In this document: positions 17,357 through 25,852 of the stretch, one piece after another
How positions within the stretch are numbered: the first letter of the stretch is position 1
How the letters are laid out: every line of letters begins with the position of its first letter
Assembly: GCA_038824665.1 (NCBI GenBank)
Contig: JAWBBK010000004.1
Coordinates: 46,759-77,768 of the forward strand
From: Acidilobaceae archaeon
Lineage (GTDB): Archaea; Thermoproteota; Thermoprotei_A; Sulfolobales; Acidilobaceae
DNA: 31,010 nt
Direction of reading: 5' to 3'
The notes under the pieces: generated by a model
Database searches by the model: none
What the model saw: only the letters and a program-made list of their open reading frames with translations
What the model was told of the DNA's origin: nothing
Translations under genes and position numbers: made by a program

Positions 17357-18658
17357 GTGATTTTGAATCCAGAACTCTACGGACTGCTTAGCGCTTTAGT
17401 GTTCTTAGGAGTAGTAGCAACCATAGCCTTGGGGCTTACAGATAGAGCAGTTGCTGGAGCTCTTGGAGTCCTCGTCCTCATAGCCTTGAACGCTTTGAAG
17501 TTAAACGAGGTTCCGACTTTTGTAGATTGGGACGTATTGGGACTAGTTGTTCTCATGAGCTTTTACAGCGCTGTTCTCGAAGAGTCCGGCTTCGCTAAGT
17601 GGGTTGCCCTCAAGCTCTCCAAGAACTCTATAGACATCAGATTAGTCCTGTATCTAGCTATCCTGAGTTGTGGGATTCTAAGCCTGATCTTAGAAAACGC
17701 AGTCACGATCTTCGTCTTCGCTCCAGTAGCCCTTCAATTAGCTAAAGCTGTTTCAGTGAGTCCAGCTCCTTTGCTCATAGGAATGGCTTTGGCTGCAGGA
17801 ATGGCTGGATCAGCCACTATGATAGGAGATCCTCCAGCTGTGATCGCGGCTGGTCGCTATCACCTGAGCTTCTTAGACTTCTTCATCTATGAAAACAAGC
17901 CCTCTATCTTCTTCATAACGGTCATCCCTATGGCTCTAGCTACAGCTGCTTTCACTTTGTTCAACTTCAGAAACCTCAGCTCGTCTAGAGCCGTTTTTCT
18001 AAAAGAAGATAATGTAGACAAGGCTTTTGTGATCGAAGCTTTCTTCTTCCTTTTAGTTAAGGTAGTTCTGCTCAGCTTGAGAAAACAGCTGGACATACCT
18101 ATGAGCTTAGCTGCTCTCATCGCTTTGCTTGGAGTAATTATGACGAGAGCTTTGATACACAAAGACATAGAAAGCACGAAAAGAATTCTAGCCAAAGGTC
18201 TAGATGCGAGGCTACCTGTCTTTCTGCTTTCTGTCTTTCTGCTAAGCGGAGCTCTGAAGAAACATGGAGTGACCGACGCTATAGCGGAAGCGGTGGTGAG
18301 CTGGACAAACGGCAATATGATGTTGACGGGAACTCTTCTTTTCTTCATATCGGCAGCGCTCTCCGCTTTAATAGAAAACATACCTGTGACTCTGACCATG
18401 TTCCCTATAGTCGATTCCATAGCTGAAAAGCTAGGACTTAACCCTATGGTGTTTGTTTGGAGTGTTCTCATTGGACTCACAGCAGGAGGAGGCTGGACCT
18501 ATATAGGAAGCGGAGCTAACGTAGTCGCTGTCCATATACTCGAAAGAGAAGGGTTTAGAGTTTCTTTCTTTTCTTTCATCAAGACCGCTCTTCCGTTCAA
18601 CATAATAAACACGACAACCTGTTTCGCGCTGTACGCTATAATATGGTTACCTAGATGA
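17357..18658 (+). CDS. ArsB/NhaD (IT superfamily, SLC13/CitMHS-like) permease
   Basis: About 12 TM. VDWDVLGL, LEESGFAKW, LENAVT, GSATMIGDPP, SALIENIP, TYIGSGANVV. Confidence 0.85.
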   Translation: MILNPELYGLLSALVFLGVVATIALGLTDRAVAGALGVLVLIALNALKLNEVPTFVDWDVLGLVVLMSFYSAVLEESGFAKWVALKLSKNSIDIRLVLYLAILSCGILSLILENAVTIFVFAPVALQLAKAVSVSPAPLLIGMALAAGMAGSATMIGDPPAVIAAGRYHLSFLDFFIYENKPSIFFITVIPMALATAAFTLFNFRNLSSSRAVFLKEDNVDKAFVIEAFFFLLVKVVLLSLRKQLDIPMSLAALIALLGVIMTRALIHKDIESTKRILAKGLDARLPVFLLSVFLLSGALKKHGVTDAIAEAVVSWTNGNMMLTGTLLFFISAALSALIENIPVTLTMFPIVDSIAEKLGLNPMVFVWSVLIGLTAGGGWTYIGSGANVVAVHILEREGFRVSFFSFIKTALPFNIINTTTCFALYAIIWLPR

Positions 18659-19258
18659 GACCTCTGGCTTCGATCGAACTCTTTTAGACAAGAGAATGGC
18701 TCTAGCTAAGTCCAAGACGTCCTCGATCAGATTGCCTCCCTTTAGGTCTGTGGCGGCTATCAAGGGACCTAGTTCTTTAACCTCGAGTAACCACGCTGAC
18801 TCCGCTGGTCCTAAGTCTTCCCAGAACGACAACAACACCTTTTTTACTGAGGTTGCTCCTAGAGCTCCTAGACCTCCAGGGTACACCGCATATATCGCTC
18901 CTAATGCACTTAAAGATTCAGAGACCCTTCTGCTGACTCCTCCTTTACCTATGACCAGTCTAACTCCAGTGAGCTCTACGAACTTAGGGATGAGGTTCTC
19001 GAATCTGACGCTCGTAGTAGAGCCTAAAGAGAGACAGACGAGAGAGCCTTCTCTCTCGACAATTATAGGACCTGCGTGTATAACTGCAAGCCCTCTTGCG
19101 TCTAGAGGTAAAGGTCTTCTTTGGAGAACAGTCCTTTCATGAACTTTGTCTCTAGCCGCTAGAAGAAGTCCATCCAAATAGAAGGTCTCTCCTAATCTGA
19201 TTTCTCTAAGCTCTTCAGCGTCTACAGGACTCTTGACGACCTTCTTACCTTCCTCCAT
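18647..19258 (-). CDS. Fe-S hydro-lyase beta subunit (tartrate dehydratase/class I fumarase beta)
   Basis: ARDKVH, HAGPI, STTSVRFE, LVIGKGG, YPGG.GAL, WEDLGPAE..WLLEVKELGPLI...D..GGNL. Confidence 0.9.
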   Translation of the reverse strand: MEEGKKVVKSPVDAEELREIRLGETFYLDGLLLAARDKVHERTVLQRRPLPLDARGLAVIHAGPIIVEREGSLVCLSLGSTTSVRFENLIPKFVELTGVRLVIGKGGVSRRVSESLSALGAIYAVYPGGLGALGATSVKKVLLSFWEDLGPAESAWLLEVKELGPLIAATDLKGGNLIEDVLDLARAILLSKRVRSKPEVSSR

Positions 19259-20138
19259 AGACGTAGGGGATCACCTCGAACTCCAAATCTCTCTTAATCC
19301 TAGCTCTAGACCTCCTCAAAACCCAACAGGAGAAGCTTACAGCTACAGATAGAGCTGAAGGATGAGCCGCTAGAGCCTCTACATGAACGTCCAGAACTGT
19401 CACAGAGCCTCCTAAGCCTTGAGGACCTATGTTCAGCTCGTTCCCTGCTCTGATGATCCTCTCTTCTAGCTCCGCTAACTCCTCTCTCTTGTTCCTAGAG
19501 TTCAGAGGTCTGAGCAAAGCCAGCTTGGAGCTCAAAGTTGCAATCTCGATAGTGGACCCTAGTCCTACTCCTACGACTAGAGGAGGACATGCTTTAGACC
19601 CTTTTTCCACTATTGCTTCAAGCACGATCTCGATCACTTCATCTAAAGAGTTCAGAGGATCTAGAGTGGTCGCTAAGGAAGGTCTTGAAGCTCCTCCGCC
19701 TGAGAGATATAAAGCGATTAGAGCTTCATCGCTATCCTCTATCACGTCCACCAAGTGAATCCAAGGAAAGCCTTCTAGCTCTCCAGACCTTAACGGCTTC
19801 CAGCTTACTGGATCTCTAGCGTTGAGTCTAAGATAACCTTTTTCAACAGCCTTCCAAACTGCTGCTCTAATCGACCTAAGCAGAAAGCTTTTGTAAGGAA
19901 AGTCTTCTCCTAGCCACACGAAGAACTCAGGAACCCCTGTGTCTTGACAAAGAGGGAGCCCTTTCCTTTTGGCGAGTTCAGCGTTAGCCAGATAAGCTCG
20001 ATAAACCGTTTTTGCAACCCCTTTCTCCTCAAGAGCTAAAGCTCTCCTCAAAGCTTCCTCAACGTCTTCAGGAAGACTCGTTGCCGTTTCGGCTATTAAC
20101 TTCAACAAAGAGTCCTCAAGCTCTTCCGCTTCTCTCAA
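19245..20138 (-). CDS. Fe-S hydro-lyase alpha subunit (tartrate dehydratase/class I fumarase alpha), TtdA-like motifs
   Basis: Cluster ligands in CQDTG, ACPP and SCW. Also IGPQGLGG and HPS. Confidence 0.9.
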   Translation of the reverse strand: MREAEELEDSLLKLIAETATSLPEDVEEALRRALALEEKGVAKTVYRAYLANAELAKRKGLPLCQDTGVPEFFVWLGEDFPYKSFLLRSIRAAVWKAVEKGYLRLNARDPVSWKPLRSGELEGFPWIHLVDVIEDSDEALIALYLSGGGASRPSLATTLDPLNSLDEVIEIVLEAIVEKGSKACPPLVVGVGLGSTIEIATLSSKLALLRPLNSRNKREELAELEERIIRAGNELNIGPQGLGGSVTVLDVHVEALAAHPSALSVAVSFSCWVLRRSRARIKRDLEFEVIPYVYGGR

Positions 20139-21441
20139 GTCTGTTCACCAAGCCGTTTTCGAGCAGAACTTTCAAAACGCGCTTGGGTCTTTCTACTGTC
20201 TCTCTTATCTCTGCTTCTAGCTCCGACTTGCCGACCTTCCTTCTAGCGACTCCCTCTTCTATAGCTTTCAAAGCTACGGCTAGAGCTTCTCTCACATAGG
20301 CTTCGCTCTCAAGCATAGAGGGAACTATCCTTTTATGTGAAAGTCCTGTCTCTTCTGTGTACTCAGCTAAAGCTCTAGCTGCAGCTAGCACCATGGAATC
20401 CGTTATCTTTTTAGCTCTAACCGTAAGAGCTCCTCTGAAGACTGCAGGAAAGCCTAGACTGTTGTTGATCTGATTAGGGAAATCGCTTCTACCTGTAGCC
20501 ACTATCTTTGCTCCTGCCTCTTCAGCCTCCCAAGGCCATATCTCTGGAACAGGATTAGCTAAAGCAAACACTATAGCGTTCTCGTTCATGAGCTTTACCC
20601 ATTCTTTCTTGATGACTCCAGGTCCTGGTCTTGAAGCCGCTATCAGCACATCTGCGTCTTTGAAGGCTTCTTCTAAGCTCTTCTCTTCAGGATCTGTTTC
20701 AAGAGCTATCTCGTATTTCCATGGGTTTTCATGAGCTAACTCTGCTAAGTCCTTCCTATCGGGTCTGAGAACTCCTTTGGAGTCAACAGCGACTATCCTT
20801 CGAGAGTTCACCTCTAGCTTTTTGAGGTATCTATAGATAGCTATGTTGGAAGCTCCGACTCCAAACAAAACGATCTTGATGGAGTTCAGCTTCTTTCCTA
20901 CAAGCTTGAGAGCGTTTAAAATGCCAGCGATCGCAACTAAAGCTGTTCCCTGTTGGTCGTCATGCCAAACAGGTATCTCTAAAGTCCTTTCGAGTTCCTC
21001 GAGAAGCCTAAAGCACTTTGGGGACTCGACGTCCTCCAAATTTACTCCGCCGAAACTAGGCTCTAGGCTTTTGATAATATAAACGAGTCTTCCAACCTCT
21101 TTCTCTCTAATCACCAGAGGGACAGCATCAACCCCTCCTAAGAGCTTGAAGAGAAGAGCTTTGCCCTCCATCACTGGAAGAGCTGCCTCAGGACCTACAT
21201 CTCCCAAACCTAGAACTCTTGAGCCATCGCTTATCACCGCTACAGTGTTCCATCTCCAAGTTAGTTCAAAGCTCTCCTCGAGGTCTCTCGAAACCTCTCT
21301 CACAGGTCCCGCTACTCCTGGAGTATACCACAACGAGAGTTCTCTGAATGACTCTACGGGAACTTTGATCGAGACCTCTATCTTCCCTTTGTAGGCTCTG
21401 TGTAGGTCTATCGAAAGCGACTCCCAGACCTCTTTCTCCAA
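20116..21441 (-). CDS. NAD(P)-dependent malic enzyme (small prokaryotic type)
   Basis: YTPGVA, DGSRVLGLG, PVMEGKA, NLEDV..PKCF, HDDQQGTA, FALANPVPEI, ATGRSDFPNQINN. Confidence 0.95.
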   Translation of the reverse strand: MEKEVWESLSIDLHRAYKGKIEVSIKVPVESFRELSLWYTPGVAGPVREVSRDLEESFELTWRWNTVAVISDGSRVLGLGDVGPEAALPVMEGKALLFKLLGGVDAVPLVIREKEVGRLVYIIKSLEPSFGGVNLEDVESPKCFRLLEELERTLEIPVWHDDQQGTALVAIAGILNALKLVGKKLNSIKIVLFGVGASNIAIYRYLKKLEVNSRRIVAVDSKGVLRPDRKDLAELAHENPWKYEIALETDPEEKSLEEAFKDADVLIAASRPGPGVIKKEWVKLMNENAIVFALANPVPEIWPWEAEEAGAKIVATGRSDFPNQINNSLGFPAVFRGALTVRAKKITDSMVLAAARALAEYTEETGLSHKRIVPSMLESEAYVREALAVALKAIEEGVARRKVGKSELEAEIRETVERPKRVLKVLLENGLVNRLERSGRA

Positions 21442-21581
21442 GAAGCCTTCTTCCTCCAGCGCTCCGAAAAAGCGATAGAAGCTATAAGCGTGAACTGCTT
21501 ATAAAGGACAGAAGTCAGACGGGGGTCACACTCAGGCGTCTGGGGTTAAACTCTTAGCGAGAAGAAAATAAGGGATCAGAT

Positions 21582-21824
21582 TTGACTAGCAGGCTGTCTA
21601 AGAACGTAAGCACGGTAGTAGAAGACCAAGTGAGGAAGATACTATCCGACATAAGCTGGATAGACTACAGGCTAGCTACTTTAGGTAATAGTGAAGAAGA
21701 CCAAATAGAGAGGAAGCTTTTAAACATATTGAAAACTAGCTTGTTAAAAGACCTAGAATCTCTCTTAGCGTTCAAGAACAACGGCTATAGAGTAGCGCGA
21801 GTTGAAGAAAAAGCGGCAGGATAA
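21582..21824 (+). CDS. Small hypothetical helical protein
   Basis: 80-aa ORF with TTG start. Genome-like codon usage. Occupies an otherwise empty interval. Confidence 0.65.
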   Translation: MTSRLSKNVSTVVEDQVRKILSDISWIDYRLATLGNSEEDQIERKLLNILKTSLLKDLESLLAFKNNGYRVARVEEKAAG

Positions 21825-21917
21825 TCGAGAGACCATCTTAAAATTTCTTGAAAATTTTATAATCAAAGCTTATATATAGCACAACATAATACTATAAAAA
21901 TAGTTGGTGGAGATCTG

Positions 21918-22310
21918 ATGCAGAGACCTAAAGAGGAAGACTTGGGGCTCGTCAAAAAACTTAGAGACGCCGTAATGCAAGAGTACGGAAAGATGAAAAA
22001 CGAGGTTGAAGTAGGAGAGGTATCTATAGTTACAGCTCTAGTGGATGAAGACATAGAGAAGTTAGTCCTCCTAGCTCTTCAAAAAGCTGAAAGACCTCTC
22101 TCTTGGAGAGAGATCAAAGCCGTCTTCGCTGGAGTAGTAGGTGAGGACAGACTAAGGAGGATCTTGGGAAGTCTCAAAGCCAGAAATATGGTTGCAGAGC
22201 TAACGCATACCAGATACTCCTTGCCAGAATATGTACCTCTTAGCGAGATAAGCAGAATAAAGAACCCTGGCATAATAAATAAGGTCTTGCAACTATCTCG
22301 AAGGAGATAG
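21918..22310 (+). CDS. Hypothetical winged-helix protein
   Basis: LVLLALQKAERPLSWREIK....GEDRLRRILGSLKARNMV....TRYSL wHTH pattern. SD GGTGG and TATA TTATATA at about 21870. Confidence 0.75.
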   Translation: MQRPKEEDLGLVKKLRDAVMQEYGKMKNEVEVGEVSIVTALVDEDIEKLVLLALQKAERPLSWREIKAVFAGVVGEDRLRRILGSLKARNMVAELTHTRYSLPEYVPLSEISRIKNPGIINKVLQLSRRR

Positions 22311-22318
22311 CCGAAACC

Positions 22319-22483
22319 TTGGCAAGAGTAGTAGTAGCCAGACGATTGAGTAGAGATTTGATAGAGCTGAAAGGAGAGAACGGACTTTGGGGAGTTGTAG
22401 CTATAGAAAACCTCTGTAGCACAGCAAAGAAGCTAAAGCTAGAAGTTGTTGACGAAAGCGGAAAGCCTCTTTGTCAAGGCTAA
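22319..22483 (+). CDS. 54-aa hypothetical protein (below the ORF-track cutoff)
   Basis: TTG 8 nt after the wHTH stop: MARVVVARRLSRDLIELKGENGLWGVVAIENLCSTAKKLKLEVVDESGKPLCQG*. Fills the gap up to the thiL stop exactly. Confidence 0.6.
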   Translation: MARVVVARRLSRDLIELKGENGLWGVVAIENLCSTAKKLKLEVVDESGKPLCQG

Positions 22484-23409
22484 AACCACGTCCAGCCTGA
22501 GGGAGGGAGGAGGCGATCTCTCAAGTAAACTCCTCTCCCCATTTCTACTCTGCCCACTACGCTACAGTGTTCTACTTTTTCTTCTTCACAAGCCTCTAAG
22601 ACACAGTCTACGGAGCCAGGCGGAACCGTTACAGCTATGTTGTAGTCTTCAGCACTGGTCAGAACGTCTTCTAAAGAGAGGTCGAGGCTTTGAGCTACTT
22701 CTAGAGCTTCTTCTATCGCGATCGTGTCTTCTAAAACTATCCTGACCCCGCTAGCTATTGAGATAGCGTATAAAGAGACTATCCATCCATCGCTATTATC
22801 GGTAGAGGCTGTAGCTCCGCACTCTCCGAGACGAAGACCTATGCTTAAAGGCGGTCTAGGCCTCTTGGTGTAGTTTTGAACTTGAGGATACTCTCTGATA
22901 TCTAAACGTCCAGCCAGCGCTAAAGAAGCCAGAAAGCCGTAGCCTACAGCTCCTATCTGAATTAAAATGTCTCCTGGTCTCGCTCCGTTTCTAGAAATTG
23001 GTCTCTTTGTTTTTCCTATTACAGCCACGTCTATCCATCTATCCCGTTCTGAGAAGTTCGTGTCTGACTTCATCACCCGCGCTCCAACCCATCTGGCAGC
23101 CTCTCCAACCCCTCTAGCTATCTCACGAGCCTCCTCTATTGAGGAAACTCCTATGCTATACGCTATAGCTAAAGGCTTGCCTCCAGTTGCCGCTATATCG
23201 GCTATCGAGGCTACAGTGGACTTCCAGCCCCAATCGCTCCAATCCATCCAGGGCAGTTTAGAGTTAGAAGCTGAATAACCGTCTATGTTGATAAGAAATC
23301 CTTCGAAAGGTGTTGAATCCCAGTTAAGGCTATCTTCAGACCCTGATAATCTAGCCAGTTCTTTCAACAACTCTAACCAGCGCTCGTAAGTCAAACGCTT
23401 AAAGAGCAC
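22480..23409 (-). CDS. thiL: Thiamine-monophosphate kinase (AIR synthase-like family)
   Basis: NIDG, DWGWKSTVASIADIAATGGKP, SDTN, SRNGARPGD, ASTDNSDG, AEDYNI, GWTWF. Confidence 0.85.
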   Translation of the reverse strand: MLFKRLTYERWLELLKELARLSGSEDSLNWDSTPFEGFLINIDGYSASNSKLPWMDWSDWGWKSTVASIADIAATGGKPLAIAYSIGVSSIEEAREIARGVGEAARWVGARVMKSDTNFSERDRWIDVAVIGKTKRPISRNGARPGDILIQIGAVGYGFLASLALAGRLDIREYPQVQNYTKRPRPPLSIGLRLGECGATASTDNSDGWIVSLYAISIASGVRIVLEDTIAIEEALEVAQSLDLSLEDVLTSAEDYNIAVTVPPGSVDCVLEACEEEKVEHCSVVGRVEMGRGVYLRDRLLPPSGWTWF

Positions 23410-24613
23410 CTCCTGCTGCTATCAAAGCTGTCAGTCTCTCTATTTCTTTCTTCACGCTAAGAGGTATTCCTGGAGCGTCGATGTTCATGAAGCCGCGTAT
23501 TATTATAGCCCTAGCTTCGTCTTCTGTAAAACCTTTGCTCATTAAGTACTCGATCTCCTCTTGAGCAATAACTCCTATTGCAGCCTCATGGCTTAATCTG
23601 TTCGTCGGGTTTCTAGACGAGACTATAGGTATTGAGGATATGAAGGCTTTAGGAGAGGCCATAAGGCCTAGACACTCTATGTGTCCTACGCTTTCAGAAG
23701 CGTTTCCATAGATATCCCCTCTAGCGTATATCTGAGACTCGTCGAAAGCCACGACTCTAGACACTAGTTCCGCTCTGCTACCGCTTCCATTGAGCTTAGC
23801 TACAGTGCCTACGTCTATATGCGCTCTAGACCTTCCAGCCACAACTGAAGCTGCGTATAGCTTAGCTCCACTTTCTAGCTCTACTTTGGGATTTGTCTGA
23901 AGAGAGGCTATTGGGGAATAAATCATATAGTAGCTCACATATTCTCCGCCCTCTTCTACTCTTACTGCTGTTCTAGGTCTCACATGGAGTCCTTCTGCCC
24001 ACGAGTGTATCATAGAGAACGTTAGTCTAGCTCTTTTGCCTACGTAAAACTCCGATATCCCTACGTGAAGTCCTTCTTTCAAGCCATGAGGTACTGTACA
24101 GCCACTAACCACGTGAGCTTCTGCATCATCATCTACATATATGACGTTGTGGACAAGCTGAACCCTTCTTTCACTCTTCAAGACCAGACAGGTATACAGA
24201 GGGGTTGGCACCTTAACTCCTTTAGGAACGTAAATGAAGTAACCGAGTTCTCCTCCGTACAGATAGGCTAGAGCTGTGTACTTATCCGAATCAGGCTTCA
24301 GGAGCCTCCAGCTCAGCTGTTTGGCTAAATCCGTTCTTTCTATCGCTACTCTTAAAGGCATGATCTTCACCCCGTAACGCTCTACAGCTGATCTCATAAA
24401 TCCGTAGAGAGCTGTCTGGTCTAGCTGAACGTAATGCGATTTAGAAGGCTTTATTCCTACTTTAGATTCAACAGACTCCTCTATCTCGCTAGACAGAACG
24501 CTTGAAGAACTCTCTATTCTCGGCTGTTCTACCAGAAACTCGGAGATGTCTACATCGAGTCCGTAAGGAGCAGACTTTTTGAGAGCCTCTAAAACTCGTT
24601 CTCTCAAGCTCAT
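23399..24613 (-). CDS. sufB: Archaeal SufB/SufD-family Fe-S scaffold (SmsB type)
   Basis: GYFIYVPKG, PLYTCL, Q.VHN, SGCT, H.GISEFY, MIHSW, VRPRT, GHIECLGL, LSHEAAIG.I..EEIEYLMSKG. Confidence 0.92.
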   Translation of the reverse strand: MSLRERVLEALKKSAPYGLDVDISEFLVEQPRIESSSSVLSSEIEESVESKVGIKPSKSHYVQLDQTALYGFMRSAVERYGVKIMPLRVAIERTDLAKQLSWRLLKPDSDKYTALAYLYGGELGYFIYVPKGVKVPTPLYTCLVLKSERRVQLVHNVIYVDDDAEAHVVSGCTVPHGLKEGLHVGISEFYVGKRARLTFSMIHSWAEGLHVRPRTAVRVEEGGEYVSYYMIYSPIASLQTNPKVELESGAKLYAASVVAGRSRAHIDVGTVAKLNGSGSRAELVSRVVAFDESQIYARGDIYGNASESVGHIECLGLMASPKAFISSIPIVSSRNPTNRLSHEAAIGVIAQEEIEYLMSKGFTEDEARAIIIRGFMNIDAPGIPLSVKKEIERLTALIAAGGAL

Positions 24614-25347
24614 AGGCCTACACCTAGCTTCTTCAAACCCTCTGAATAACCTTCGGAAAGCACCAGATCCGCTACCTCCTTTCCTCCAGAGTACACGACT
24701 CTGCCGCCGATCATGATATGAACCTTTGAGATTTTAGATAACTTGTCTATCACTGTTCCTGAGTGTGTAACTAAAAGCACGCTCGTTCCTTTGCGTTCAA
24801 CCATGTAGTTTACTGCTTCTGCAATTAGCTTAAGGCTATCCACATCGACTCCGCTGTCAGGCTCGTCTAAAAGGGCTAGCTTCGGTTTTTGAAGCATTGT
24901 GAGATAAAGCTCTAGACGTTTTCTCTCTCCGCCGCTAAGTCCATGGAAGAGATATCTGTTTAAAAACTCGTCTACCTTCAGCATTTTCGAAAGCAGAGTA
25001 TAATCGTTGCAACCGTATCTCTCTATCAAAGCCTTAGCTACACTAGAAGCTGTCACGCCTCTTATTGCAGGAGTGAACTGATGAGCCATAGCTATACCTC
25101 GAGATGCCCTCTCGTTTGGAGAGAGTTCAGATATGTTCTCACCTTCAAAAATTATACTGCCTCCGCAGAGACTCGCTCTAGGTAATCCCATTATAGCGGC
25201 TAGGAGCGTTGATTTACCGGCTCCGTTAGGGCCTAAAATCACATGAACCTCGCCTCTATCGACGCTGAGGTCTACTCCTTTGACTATCTCCGCACCGCCT
25301 ACACATACCCATACTCTCTTGAGTTCTAACAGCACTTCAGTTCCCAT
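24610..25347 (-). CDS. sufC: SufC/SmsC ABC ATPase
   Basis: GPNGAGKSTL, ERASRGI..AHQ, LSGGERKRLE, LDEPDSGVDVD. Overlaps the sufB start. Confidence 0.92.
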   Translation of the reverse strand: MGTEVLLELKRVWVCVGGAEIVKGVDLSVDRGEVHVILGPNGAGKSTLLAAIMGLPRASLCGGSIIFEGENISELSPNERASRGIAMAHQFTPAIRGVTASSVAKALIERYGCNDYTLLSKMLKVDEFLNRYLFHGLSGGERKRLELYLTMLQKPKLALLDEPDSGVDVDSLKLIAEAVNYMVERKGTSVLLVTHSGTVIDKLSKISKVHIMIGGRVVYSGGKEVADLVLSEGYSEGLKKLGVGL

Positions 25348-25368
25348 CTAACATATTTTCGAGAAAGG

Positions 25369-25389
25369 CTATCTAACCGTCTTAGATAG
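25369..25389. promoter_or_regulatory. Candidate operator of the sufCB(-thiL) operon
   Basis: Perfect inverted repeat CTATCTAA-ccgtc-TTAGATAG between the minus-strand TATA-like box (about 25396-25403) and the sufC ATG. Confidence 0.55.
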
Positions 25390-25763
25390 ACTTACTTTTA
25401 ATAGTTACCCTACGGTAAGCTGAGAAATATCGTCTTCAGACTCTTCTCTATAAGCCTAAGCCTAAGACCGTCGCTTAAGCTTCTAAATAAAGAAAGTCTG
25501 AAGAGAGTACTTATCGTGAATAGCTGTTTACTTGATGTTCCACTTACGAGTAAAGCCCGACGACGTAAGCATTCGAAACATGATACACTAAGAGCTCGCT
25601 GAGATGGAGTAGCGCTATCGACGTGTTCTAGATATCCTATCCGCTATTCTGTGGAGTATGCTCTCATTATGTTTTTCTCTCGCTCTCTGCGCTCTCTCAG
25701 AGACTGAAAGCGCCCCTGTGGGTCACAATCCCTGCTCACGAAATTCCGTTCTCTGTCAAACCT

Positions 25764-25804
25764 CTTCCCTTAAGCTTCCCTAGCCTTCCCTAAGAGTCCC
25801 TAAT
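25764..25804 (+). repeat. Four helically phased TCCCT(A/T) direct repeats
   Basis: TCCCT begins at 25766, 25777, 25787 and 25797 (spacing 11, 10, 10). Confidence 0.75.
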
Positions 25805-25852
25805 TAGTTACCCCTTCTCTACTTACCAGTCGGGTCTAGAGGTGATCCGACT

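Noticed and set aside
21483-21545. TATAAGC-N7-GCTTATA inverted repeat and nearby G-runs as an operator or ORB
   Set aside because: Better explained as back-to-back TATA boxes of divergent promoters. There is no TTCCA..GGAAA ORB core and no cdc6 in the window.
21830-22310. AT-rich tract plus wHTH gene as a WhiP-type replication origin
   Set aside because: The protein has only one apparent wHTH and seems too short. The AT tract is only about 70 nt and has no repeated initiator boxes.
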